Below, piece by piece: positions 42,041 through 54,800 of a stretch of 64,000 bases of DNA. Source of the stretch: Camelus dromedarius. Lineage: Eukaryota. The stretch's first letter is position 1. Each line of letters opens with the position of its first letter. Made by a program: the position numbers and the translations under genes. A model generated the notes under the pieces. That model saw nothing but the letters and a program-made list of their open reading frames with translations. It did not search any database and was not told the origin of the DNA. The stretch covers positions 6,450,001-6,514,000 of the forward strand of contig NC_087438.1 of assembly GCF_036321535.1 (NCBI RefSeq). Direction: 5' to 3'.

Positions 42041-42732
42041 TATCTAAAGTATTAGGGAAAGGGCTTCCCTGGTAATACAGAGGTATTGTTCGATTACATC
42101 CATTACAGAAAAGGAAATGAACTTTGGGTCTTCTCAGAACCAACTGCCATTTACACTGTAACTGAATCAGGGACTGATTCCAACAAAAATGGTCCTCTAT
42201 TCGCCCAATCCTCAGTGAAAGCTACATGGGTCTTGGAGTTGGGTTGACTTGGGTTGAGTCTCAGATGCAAAACTTTCTTTCTGTGGAGCTGCAAGGCCCC
42301 CACCAGTTGCTTTTATTATTATTTTTTGTAACAAATTATAAAACAGGAGAGTAATAAGGCAATTGTATGTGTTGAGAAGAATATGTAAATTACTCCCCAT
42401 GCAGCACCCAGCAGAGAATCGGAAGCCTGAGAGAGTCTCAGGAAATACCAGTTCCCACCCTCCCCACTGCAGGCAGCAAAGGTGGTTTTCACCCATCTCA
42501 CAATTTACCATGAAGATGGCTCTATTAAATCTTTTGACAACATCCTGAGGACCAGGCAACATGTCTGCATCCATTTAGTCCCTTCTTAGAACTATATTCA
42601 CTTTCATGTAAATAAGAGTCTATCTACTAAGAATGTAAGAGCCCTGCCAAACTTAGAAAGGCATGAAGAACCATGCAAAACCAACTGAAAAGGTAACTCC
42701 CTTTGGCATAAATCTACTCATTAAGTGAGAGG

Positions 42733-43880
42733 CTGTTCAGTAACAGCTGACTCAGCGCATCTGGGGCATTCAAACCAAGCGCTTCCTTCCCAAAGAGAAG
42801 TTTGGCCTGTGACCAGATCCTGGGAGATAATCTCTAAGACCTTGGACTATCCTGCCTAACAACAGTGTCTTTGGTTTGTAAATAGAATTTGTATCATTTT
42901 TTAAAATTCCACATATAAGTAATATCATATGATATTTGTCTTTGCCTGACTTACGTCATTTAATATGATCGTCTCTAGGTCAATCCATGTTGCTGCAAAT
43001 GGCATTATTTCGTTCTTTTTTATGGCTGAGTAATATTCCATCAAACACACACACGCACACGCACGCACACGCGCACACACACACACACACACACCCATCT
43101 TCTTTATCTAGCCATCTGTTGATGGATATTTAGGTTGTTTCCAAAAAAACAAACTATGGTTACTAAAGGGGAAAGAGCAGGGAGGGATAATTTAGGAGTT
43201 GGGGATTAACAGACACATATTACTGTGTATAAAATAGAAAAACAACAAGGACCTACTTATAGCACAGGGAATTATATTCAATTTCTTATAATAACATATG
43301 ATGGAAAAGAACCTGAAAAGAAAAAAAAATATGTATGTATATGTGTAACTGAATCACTTTGCTGTACACCTGAAATGAACATTGTAAATCAACTACACTT
43401 CAATAAAAATATTTTTTTAAAAAAGAGTGACTTCATATACCTGGGAGCCTTGGGCCACACCAGACAGCCCACGCAGCAATGTGATTAATACTGGGGGCCT
43501 TTGAGCACACTCTGTCAGCCTGACCTCCACTGGGGCTGGAGACTGAATAACTAAGGTCAGCTGCACAGGTGTTCTGTACCCACCGACTGAGTCAAAAAAT
43601 TCCCTGGACACCGAGGCTCAAGTGAGATCCTCTGGTTGGCTCCATTCCATACATTCTGTCACACATCTTGCTCAGAGAATTGAATTCTGCCCAGATGATT
43701 CTACTGGGAGAGAACAAACAGAATCTCACACATGGCTTCTCCTAGACTGTGTTCTACCTGCCTTTTACCTTTGCTAATTTCGGTCTGTATCCTTTTTCTG
43801 TAACAACCATCACTATGAGTATAACAATAACAACTCTTCTGAGTTCTGTGAATCTTTCTAGTGGAATCATTGAAACTAAC
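42733..43880 (+). mobile_element. ERVL solo LTR (MER21-like), split by an L1 insertion
   Basis: ctgggagataatctctaagaccttgg / ctgggagccttgggccacaccagacag...ccctggacaccgaggctcaagtgag...ctgtatcctt...atgagtataaca...gagttctgtgaatctttctag. Confidence 0.8.
42874..43422 (+). mobile_element. 5'-inverted LINE-1 3' end (inverted 42874-43143, sense 43144-43422)
   Basis: Antisense L1 (ttccacatataagt...gttgctgcaaatggcattattt...taggttgtttcca) joins sense 3' UTR (aaacaaactatggttactaaagggg...cttcaataaaaa). Decayed TSD aacagtgtctt / aagagtgactt. Confidence 0.88.
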
Positions 43881-45304
43881 TCAGAGGGTATGCTCCCTCA
43901 CGACGATGATCACAGCAAATAAAATAATAAAAACCCAGGTAAATATTCCTGGAAGGTATTCAAGTACAGACATTTTGGTTGAGGTGAGTCAGAAATGCAC
44001 AGAAATCACTCTCTCACTCTATTAGAGGATTATTTAACCTACTTAATAAAAAGAGATCCCAGCTTCCTTGGATAGCATCTGAATCTCTTAAGGGGTGAGT
44101 CAGGGTTTCCAAAGGGGCAATTCTTTCCTAGGGTCAAGCTCACCAAATTCTTTATATGAGTCATCATAGAACTTCAGCTGAAAAACAGGTAAATGTTATG
44201 CATAATATAATTAGTATATTTCATTGTGATTTTCTTCACATATTTTGCAGCCCTCTGCTCTGCTTTTTGTTTGTTTGTTTTTGGTTTTGTTTTCTAAATC
44301 AGTATAATGAATTCTCTACTTAAGAATTTTTACCTTGGATTCTTCCACAGAAACCAATAAGATAACAACAAGTTAATAAAAGTGAGCAGGCATTCCATTC
44401 AAGTGTTCATTGTTCTGTTCAATAATTAATACTCTGATAGTCAATGAAGAAAGAAAGCCAGAAGGCAATTGCTTTGGAGAAATCTTCCAGGAGGGCTGGA
44501 AAGAAGAAACGTCAGACTCAGTGGCATGAGGGTCTCAGCTCTCCTGCGGCATCCGCACAGACAGATGAAGGCACAGTCTTAGTTGCTGATGTCCCTGTGA
44601 ACTTCCGACACGTGGACCCACCAACAGCCTTTGGAGGGCAACCCAATGTCAAGCTCAAGGCTGCACTGCTCCCCCTGGCTTCCTCCGCCTCACAAGGTTC
44701 CATGGGTCACAGTGAGCTGCCTCTGCTGGCCGTCACCCCCTCTCAAACTCAGCTGTCCTTCACTTCTCTGCTGTTTTTCCCCAGCACAGACCCTCTAACT
44801 GCACCACAATCCACTCTTCACTGAACTCATTTTCATATCCCCATTGTGCTATTAGGATTCCAACCTTTCTGAATGATCTTCCCTTCTGCTCTCTAACAAG
44901 CGTAACAGGCTGGAAGCCACTGAAGAGTAGGGTGCAAATTTATAAATTTCTGTGTTCTAGTAGGTGGTGCAATAGGCTTCAAATGAATATGCATTTGAAA
45001 ACGGAAATGAACACTGAAGGTAACATTGAACATTTCAGGGCACAAGGCAGCCCCAGAATCTCCCTGCATCCTTCCTTAATAACCCTCACCAGCCATTCTC
45101 CTTCCCTTCTGGGCCACCAACGGCCTGTGTAATACCTCTTGATGGGTGCTTATGTTTAAGTGGCACTTACGACTTCTATCCCACCATTCTTTCCTTTGTT
45201 TTTATATGTGAACAAGTTTATACATAAGTAATGCTGTGAATTGATCTTAAAAAATCATTTTTATTATTTATAGAGCATAATTGTTAGTGTCTAGGATCTA
45301 GAAC

Positions 45305-45525
45305 AGGACCTGGTGAATGGTGGTCCATGGTCCACACTGGACCCATTGCTTCTTCTGTAAATAACTTTTTATGGAGCACAGCATTGCCCATTCATTTAAT
45401 GTACACTCTAGGGCCGCATCTGGGGGACACTGGCAAAGGTGAATGCAGATTGTCTGACCACCAAGGCCTATGACGTTTACTATCTGCCCCTTACAGCAAC
45501 AAACATGTGCTCCAATCTCTGCTCT
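45305..45525. mobile_element. MER58-like MITE (opposite orientation to 8715 and 25178 copies)
   Basis: ctgtaaataactttttatggagcacagcattgcccattcattt...gtttactatctgccccttacag. Confidence 0.7.
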
Positions 45526-46815
45526 AGAAGATCACAAACTAAGAAAAGCTCAGTAAATATGTACTACAGATAATTAAACATCCTAGGTGGAATTCCTTAG
45601 TAACAGAGACAAAAAATAATACACAGCCTTTAAGTAAGAAGAATCTCTAAACACATCTACTCACAAATGCCCCATTTTAATGATGAGAAATCAGAGGGAA
45701 CGATCACGCCACATGGCATGCTACGTGTCACTTAGCATCAGCAAGTAAGGGCATTTCCAGAATATTTTATCCCATTAGTTTCATTTGTCCTTCAATATTT
45801 CCCAACTAAAACAAAAAGGAATTCAGAACATCTCACCCTCCTCATGGATAAAAGTTGAGTGTTCCATGCACAGGCACACAAAATCATTGTGCAACCCCAG
45901 CTAATGACTATACTTCCATTTCCTCCAAAAAAATAAACCTGAAATTCCTAGCATGGCCTATTAGCTGATGTTCTCTACAGTTCCAGGAAACTTACACGCC
46001 TCCCTCCTAGGCTCCTACTTTGGTACCAGTGGCCCCAAGTCAAACACTAAAGATGTTAGAATGGAAGAAAAAAAAAAAGGTTTTCAATTTGAAACAAAAG
46101 CTGACATTTATGGGGTTTTATTTCCAGCAAAGGTGGACTTCTGCCTGGCCCAGCATCCCCCAGAGAGCTCTGCCCTGCACACCTTCCCATCACCAACGTC
46201 CACTAAGACGGGCTCCCACGCGGTGCACAGAGGAGACGAGGGAGAATAAATGCTACTGGCCCTTTTGTTCTGTCCGCTCTGGCTTATTTTGGTGACACTG
46301 TGGTTGTTTTCATTTCCAGGTGCTGACCTGACAGGGGCGCTAAGCCTGACTGTCTAAGAGCTGCTCGCCTTCCTATCAGGTTTATGGGGACACACCAGGA
46401 GCCACAGCTTTGAGTTCCGTGGAGAGAGTCGTGAATGCAGCGTCAGTCACACTTCTAAACTTGCCTTAATTTTTTTCCCGACAAGTTCATACAGTCATTT
46501 CCTGCTGTATCCCAAATGATTTCACAGACCCCCCCGCCGCTGTGCCCAGTATTCATGGGGTTCCTCAAGGTCAAGTCTGATTGCTTGATCCCATCCATGC
46601 TTCCCCCTGAGATCATCCACTACCGGGCTCACGGCGGCTTCTCTTTGGGGGACAGTCAGCAACTGTGCGCCCGGCCCTGCTCTAGGAACTATACAGCCTG
46701 CAGGAGAGGAAGCAGAGAAGGTTCTTCCTCTCATCCGATGAGCAGGCTGGCGAGGAGGACAGAGTCAGTAACGTAAATTATAAGTAACAAGATGTAAATT
46801 AAAAGGGTGATTTTT

Positions 46816-46890
46816 AAAAAAATTTTTAATTGTTTTTTTGTTTGAGGGGGCTGGTAATTAGGTTTGTTTACTTTTAATGGAGGTACTGGG
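46816..46890 (-). mobile_element. 5'-truncated camelid Vic-1-like SINE
   Basis: Minus strand reads CCCAGTACCTCCATTAAAAGTAAACAAACCTAATTACC...A-rich tail. TSD gggtgattttt at 46805-46815 and 46888-46898. Confidence 0.8.
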
Positions 46891-47399
46891 TGATTTTTTT
46901 TTTTAGTGCATGGCTTGGAGCTACTTTATGCAGAGTTTACAGGGAAGACCACCCTGCTGAAACCTCCGTGACAAAAATGAGTCACACAGAGACCTGGCAG
47001 AAGGGCACTCCAGGAGAGGGGCCTGTCTGGGGAGAGGTCCTGGGGTGCGGATGAGCCAGGGGTCAGCACACAGCAGAAGGGGCCAGTTCAGGTAGGGACT
47101 TGCAGGTGAAGGTGAAAACGATTACACTTAATTCTGTAGGAGCGATCGGAAAATTCTTTCTGTAAAGGGCCGGAGAGTGAGGCTTTGCAGGCCAGAGGAT
47201 CTTTGACACAGCTTCTCGACTCTACTGTTGTCTGTACAGGGGAACACAGATGCGTAGGTGACGCTAGGTTCCAACAGGAGGACACTCACACTCACTGGAG
47301 GTGGGTGGCGGTTGTCGCCAGCCCCTGTCCTATGGCACAAGGGAACCAAGGTGTGGGGGCGGGGGACGTGCTGGGGTGGGAGGAGGGAAGCATGAGCTA

Positions 47400-47830
47400 C
47401 ACTGCATTTTGACAAGTTCCTTTGGTTATGGAGTGAAGAGTGAATCCCCATGGACGCAGAGGGCAGAAAGGCGGATATGCCTCAGCCATCCGGGGGAGCC
47501 AGAGGGAAGGGGCACGTGGTGGGGGGGGGGTGGATCCCAACTAGCTGAATGGGGAAAGAAGGAAATGGGAGGCATTAAGGATGGTGTCCAAGTTCTCCCT
47601 GAGAGCAACTCAGCCTCTGGGGGCATTTCTGAAATTGGAGAAACAAGAGGAAAAACAGGTTTGGGAGTCTGGAAAGCTAAGTGGGGATCCCCCCTGGAAA
47701 CCCCAACGCAGACAGGAATAGGGAGGTGCAGGGCTCAGGAGCGGCTGAACTCGACATAAAAATGTGACCGCCATCCACACAGAGATGGTATTTGATATGA
47801 GTCTCTATAGGGATATTAAAGGAAGCAATT
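47400..47830. mobile_element. L2 LINE remnant
   Basis: ggaggcattaaggatggtgtccaagtt...ggcatttctgaaattggagaaacaagaggaaaaacaggtttggg...gagatggtatttga; approximate bounds. Confidence 0.6.
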
Positions 47831-50800
47831 TAGAACAAAAAGAAAGTGGGTCTCCACGCTGAAATTCAGCAAAATGACTTGTGCAACGTTGAGCAAAGGG
47901 ACAAGTGGATGCATGCAAGAATAAAGGCACGAATTCTACCCTCTTTCTTCATCAGCAGGGTCGTGTGAGTCCTGCCCAGCCATCCACATTGCCCAACGTT
48001 CACTGAAGAATTTCACACCTAATAGCACGCGATGGTATCCATCTTAGAATCAGTTTGACTACTTAAACCCCTCCCTGAAACCAGTAAGCCATTTATCTGC
48101 ACATGTGCTTCTAAGCCTCTCCCAATCAGACACTGTTTCTAGTGCCATAAATACACATTCTAACCTGCCTCCTCCACCCTTCTCCAGAAGTGACGGCTTA
48201 GAGGTGCAGTTAAGTTCCCAGCTTCACTGAAGATGCCTCTCCGAGGGCTCCCTTGAAAGACTGACACTCTTTCGGTGGTAATTAGATGGGTAATTAACAT
48301 CTTTTTTGAAACATTACTAGATATTTGTTCTGATTCGTTTCTGCTTCCAGTCAACTCATTTTCTGTGCATGAGCAGAAAAAGGACAGTTGTGTGCATCTG
48401 TGTGTGTGTGCGTGTGCGTGTGTGTGTGTGCATGAAGAAAGTTCAGCTCTGCCTGCCTTTGCCTCAGGGTATGAAATGTAACAGATGTTACTGTAACTAC
48501 AAATTTTTATGCTTTAAAAAAGGATGAAGGAGGTGGAGTAGGCTGACTTGAAGGCTCTTTGGATTCCAAATCAGACAAAAAAAAAAAAAAGGCTTTGCAC
48601 ACAGTAATAAGAAAGTGCAAGCGGAAAAGAACCCCCACACAGTTCAAAGGGACCTGAGTTTAATCTGACAAAAACAAAAACAATTTTCATAGCCTCAGGA
48701 ACCCACTGGGTGTGCGAGGAAGCTGTGCAGTTGGGTGGTATTAGGCATTAAAGCCAGCACACGTTTTTATGATTCTCTCTTTGTTTGCAACTCGTGTTCA
48801 AAGAAATTCACAGTGTAAAACAGATACTGAAGTGGATCAGATCCACGAATTAACGTCGTCACGGAAAGCAGCTTCCTACTCAGAGCGAGACAACAAGTGG
48901 CCTGTCAGTTACAGGGGTGCCTGTCCGGCCACCCAAGCCCCGTCTCCCAGGGATCCCACTGTGCAGCCTTCTCCGTCCCTTCCAGTGATGCGCTCTCGTG
49001 CACCGGATGTGACCATCAAGCTGCTCCTGACCGCCCCAAGGAGCCTGACTTCAAGACAGAGCCCGAAACAAGAGGAGGCTGAAGCTGGCAAGATGTAGAG
49101 TCCTTTTCTTCTGAAAAATCTTTCTCCGTCCTGGGCCCATTCACAGGGGTCTTTGTTTCCCACCTGAAGGTCACGTGCGTGGCCAATCTACATCTCATTA
49201 ATTGTAACTCTTGGCAAGCCATTAAAAATCTCATTTCATGTTACCATTCACCCTTCTTTTAACTGACTTTTCACAATTATAATTCTATCTTTGATATACT
49301 AGGCCTATTAAATTTAATGCCATACAGAGATCTGAGAACTACTGAAGAGAAAAAGACCAAGGCTGGACTCTGTCCACTAAAGGATATGCAGTCCTTGAGG
49401 GAATATGTAAGGGAGGAAAAAACAGCAGAGAAGTCTATTTTCATATGTAGAGACAGAAAGAAGTCAAGTTAATTGCATATGGTCACCATAATAATGCTGT
49501 CCTTCTGGAAGGGCTATAATTAGCGAGAACTGTTTTCACAAACAGGACAGACCAAGCCGATGACTCTAGCTTGCATTAGTTCTTTTTTTTCCTCCCACCA
49601 GTTATAAACATTTCTATTTTTATTCTTCCCAAAACATAAATACTACTACATTAAGGATGCCCAGGCATAAGAGACCCTGACTATAACTCTACAAACTTGA
49701 GGAATAAATAGAAGCCTCTCTTCAAATGTGGAGTCTGTTAAAGGGATTAAGGTGACCAGAGGAGAAGAAGGGTCGCCCTGGAAGCCAAATGTAATTGGTG
49801 ACGTCAAGACAAAAAGCTCCGGATGAAAGATCTCTTCTGACCGTGTTAGTAGCTTGGAATAAAGGGAGACCCACAGAAAAGGAACCCGGTGCCCAGGGCG
49901 AAGGTGAGAGGGGCATCTGAATCTTCCATGTCTTGAAAATTATAAGGCAACAGTTCTTTACCTCCACATCATACAATATAATATCGATGAATATTTATGG
50001 CTCTATTTCTCATCCATTTTTTAAACTAGTTATTTAACTAACATTATTTGGACAGGAATGATGAGAATCCCTTTTCCAAGTGCTGAAATTCAACTAAAAA
50101 AGTAGGAATCATCAGGTTTCAATCAAACTGAACTGAAGGCAGTGAATTATCCTTGAATATATTGCAGGGACACACTCCAGGCCCCCCACCCATTCACTGA
50201 ATTCTGCTGCTTCTGCATCTTTAATCTGCACCCCTGCACCCCAGCCATGGCTGTGGTCGGGGTCACTGCTCACCTGGCTATGCCCAGAACTTCTCCTTCA
50301 GTGCCTTGGCCCTCCAGTATCCCCTGCCTGTGTCAACATCTTTAGATAAAACCTCAGCAAAACCACACCGATCAGGTTCCATCTCATCTCCAACTACATT
50401 CTCTCTGGCAAACAAGGTATACTTTGGGCTCTAACTGTATCAAGGACTTTTGGTCCAGGGACTAACCAGACCTCCCCTTAACCTTCCTTTCCTCACTTGG
50501 CGCTCTGTTACCTGTTTCCAGATGCCAGTTGTGAAGACACCTTCTCCAGAAAGCTTCCATGCGTCTCCTGAGACAAGAGGAAGGATGCCCCCCATGCATG
50601 CACAGTGCACGAGCTCTGCCCTGACAGAACCCATGACACCATGTTCCATCTGCCTGATTGCACAGCTGTCTTCCCACTTCCTGTCTTCCCAGAGCCTAAC
50701 ACAACGGCTGACACAAAACGGGCACCTGCTCGATAAAAATGTTCTTAATGAACGAGCACATGCTGGTTCAATGAACAACCGAATAAATAAATGTTGACCA

Positions 50801-51027
50801 CAAAGTTGAACGAATGAGTGTTAGTTCTCAGGTTTCCACTCTGTGATGAAAGGGATGCAACTGAAATACAAGAGGAAGCTATGGATGCTGCATGAGTTAT
50901 TTCAGCTAGATGGGGTGGTCTGTCCCTCTGTAGTATAAAAAATGCCCCTGGGATCTAGCAAAGGAGTCCCTTGCGTTAGGCACTAAGGTACATAATGAGA
51001 TATTTTTGCCTCAAACTTTAAAAAAAA

Positions 51028-51355
51028 TTTTTTAACTCAAGTATAGTCAGTTTACAGTGTTGTGTTAATTTCTGGTGTACAGCATGGTGATTCAGTTTTA
51101 TACATGTATTCCTTTTCATAGTCATTTTCATTACAGGCTATTATAAGGCATTGAATACAGTTCCCTGTGCTGCACAGTAGGACCTTGTTGTTTACCTGTT
51201 TTATATATAGTAGTCAGTATCTGCAAATCCTGAACTCCCAGTTTATCCCTCCCCCTGTCCCTTCCCCTCTGGTAACCACAAGTTTGTTTTCTGTCTGAGT
51301 CTGTTTCTGTTTTGTAAATAAATTCATTCGTTTCCATTTTTTTTAGATTCCGCAT
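51028..51355 (-). mobile_element. LINE-1 3' UTR fragment
   Basis: Reverse complement reads ggaatctaaaaaaa...tttacaaaacagaaacagactca...gtggttaccagagggg...gactatacttgagttaaaaaa. Confidence 0.9.
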
Positions 51356-51604
51356 TTTGATTCAAGGCACAAAGCACCGGCTGAGAGCCCCTCGTAAGCA
51401 TGGCGGCCAGGAGGGCCAGGAGAAGCTTCTGTTAACGTGAGGAGGGGGAGCACAGAGATGCTGACAAGGATGCGGTGTGCTTCCCCTCCCGTCCAGGCCC
51501 CCAGGTCCTCAGCAGCACCAAACTCCCTGCCTACACACACACACACACACACACGACGTGCACACAAGGTCAAAACAGCACGCTACAAGCTCTTTCCCAC
51601 CAAA

Positions 51605-51830
51605 TCTCACGGCTGTAGAATTCTAGAGCCTGACCTTTGCTGTCCAACACGACCAGGATTCTAGTCCCTGCCCTGCTCCACATGCACCCTGGCGTTATGG
51701 GCAAGTTACTTCACTTCTCTTAGCCTGTTTTCTGGGCTACATAAAAGGGCAGGGACATAGCCACTTTATAGAACTTTCATGAAGACCAAAACCATGCCGT
51801 ATGTAAGGGACTCAGTAAATACTCGTTGTT
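51605..51830 (+). mobile_element. MIR SINE
   Basis: atgggcaagttacttcacttctcttagcctgttttctg...taaaagg...actcagtaaatac. Confidence 0.6.
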
Positions 51831-54800
51831 GTCTTGTGAGGCATTGCTAGAATTCGAGACCACTGTTCTTGGTATTCTTCATAACCTGTCATGATGATCA
51901 GCACTGTTTTCCTTCATAACATAGTGGCCCAAATTATGAAGTGGCCACAGAGGAGACTTTCAAACATCAACTCAGACTGAAGCTGAACTGATGACACGTT
52001 GACATCCATGGAATCCAAAATGAGTCTCTTCTCTCATACAGGATGTGACATGATTCTCATGTCCAATTTTCCCCCTTCCTTTAAAAAATTCAAAATCTCA
52101 TCAGTTCCAACTTAGTCTGTCTTTACATTTAATACCACATCATGTTGGCTTGTTCAGCAGTGAAGGAGCCAAGTTAGCATAACTCAACCATTTTCTTGAG
52201 GGCAAGGGAAAAAACTAAACAAAAATCCATGGAGAAAGTTACCCTTTGAGGGCAAAACATCCACTTAGTTTCATAAGAACCACTGGGGTGGAGGAGGCGG
52301 AAGGATCCGGAAACCAAGACTGATGATCAGACAATTATTCCTTTGACAACATTTCATGGTTTATTCCCCTGAAGTCATGATAACATATTTTGGAATTTTT
52401 GTTGTCCTTTGTTTTCCAAGAGGACAACAAGAGTTTGTTTCTGTTTGGTTTTTAAATTCAAGATAAACAAGAATTTCAACAATGACATCATCTCTCCACA
52501 ATGGCGTTTGAGCCCACAATGGAATTCAATGACCTAGTCACCCCGTGAACCACTGTTCACCTCCGCAGTGGATATCACAGCTCATCTGCACTGTTGGACA
52601 TTAACCCAAAGTTAGCGTCAAGCATCAGGACAAATACTTAGGGACGATGTTTAGGGAGTTACCCACAGGGATGGGCCTTTGATTCTCTTAGCAGCCTTAA
52701 CAGAGTACAGCAAGCAAGATCTTAAGAAATTTGACAGACTGAATATATTTCAAAAGAGACAACATTTTAATAGTCTAAAAATCAGGAAGGGTGTTTTTCA
52801 AAAATACATCTATTAAGAAATTAAAGGCAACTATAAAGAGAGGTTAGATTAAGAGACAGAGACCCAGGAACGAACTATGTCAACAGTGTTCCCCTAAACA
52901 AATAAGTTATTACATCCGATACCTTGCTTTTTATAACAAGACAATAGCTACCAAAAGAAATGAAGCCTTAGTATACATTCTTGAGGAATTTTATTCCAGA
53001 TGATGGTGGAAATAATAAAATTGCCATGAAAATAATACCAATCATGGTACGTACTGATTGCACACAGTATTTTAGGCACTAAGCTAAGCAAAAAGGTGAT
53101 TGTTTTACAATACACATTCCTGAATCTTTGATAAATCCTGAAGAAAAGGTTATTATCTACATTATTCATGTAAGAACACTAGAATTCTAAGAGCTAAAAA
53201 GCAAAGAAGAGCAAGAAACACAAATGATGAATGCTTCTATGATTTACCTTTTAAATACCTTTTTTAAATTTTTCTTCATCCTGTTGGAGAATGTAAACTC
53301 TTCGAAAGTAAAGAATTAAGTATGAAGTCATTATCTCCACCAACATCTGTGAAGCCCTTGTTTTGGTTACAATAATGAATAAAATAAGAATCTCACCCTC
53401 TAAAAACCCAAGTCTATCCGAATCACATGCTTTACTCATTGAAAATAAAGGAATAATATATGGCTCTTTTTAGAGAGAAAGGAGGGGAAGTGATCAAAAT
53501 TAGACCATCATGACTCCTGTTTTGTTTCCTGTGATCTAGGACTGAGTCATATATTTCTTACATGTTATGTTTTCTGGATAAATAAACAAATTCCTGACTC
53601 TAAATTCAAATACAGGTTAATCTATTCCTCACTATGAACAAAATTTGCACAGACTTCCTCAGAAATTTTTTTCCAGCTCACAATACTAGTCTTTGCTACA
53701 TCTATTTTCTGTCTTATCTATGCCCTGCCTCTGCTTTGGACGTTCTGATTCCACGAGTGTATCCCTTACTTTAAAATCTGTTGGGGGTCGGTCTATTCTA
53801 TGGATCTGGGGGTGTACATTCTACATTGACTGTGTCTGCTGACTCTCTTGGAGCTATTTAGGGTCTCACTGGTGTGTATGGATTGACTCTGAGCTCATCG
53901 TCAGCAAGTCAGTCCCGCAAGAACCAAGGACTATGGAGGCAAGTCTGGAGGGCATAACTCTAGAGGGCGCTCAAGACGGTGTTTCCTCGTCAATCGTCAA
54001 TCTCCCTGTCTGGGGGTCCTCCCTCACTGGGATAGTATACATTTGGGTCCACAAAAGGTCCCATTAAGCAGGCCTGGTGTTTGAATCTCTCCTTCAAGAG
54101 ACTGTTTCCACTCCAGCTTCCCTCCCGCTACCTAGGAGGCTGTTAGGCGCTTCCTTTGAATTTCCACTTAGCAGGGACGACTGTGACTTGCAGCTTTCTA
54201 CAGGAGGTTGAGTTTCAGCCCTCCCTGTCCATCAGTATCCCGACCACCCACTTCTCCCATCCCTAAGCATGTTTTCAAACCCCAGCCCCTAAGGTCTTTC
54301 AACTTGGATTCCTACTGAGGATTCCAGACCTGATTCATTTCTGATATCCCGAGATTTTCCCCTTTTCGCTTTTGGAGCATCTCTGTCATTTTTAATGCCA
54401 TCATAGGGGAGAGTGAGGGATTTCTCCCATCAACTCAGTTTACTGTTTTGCCAGAAATCTTTCATAAGAAACTGTCTTCTTTATGTTTTCACATCAATTC
54501 CTCAGTAACTACGAATATTACCCCAAAATGAACAGAGATCATTAGTCCCAACATTTTCATGTTGATAAATATTCACACTTTAAATCCTCAGGGAAGAGGT
54601 ATATAATTTTAAGTCCCTACTTTCTATGTAACATCAATTTTTTAAAATAGAACTTAGGCTACGAAGGTAAATCTCACTTAACCATTAATTATTAAACACA
54701 CACACACAAAGCCCAAGTGAACACAATGTTAATCTATGTGCCCTGGGGTCTGAGGACCCAGACCACAGATCCTAACCCCTTTACTAGGCCCCCATGCTGG

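Noticed and set aside
53956..53972. CTCF-like motif ctctagagggcgctc (similar partial matches near 44948 and 29623)
   Set aside because: Each has mismatches in the conserved 5' CCA core; such matches are expected by chance and cannot be supported without PWM scoring or ChIP data.
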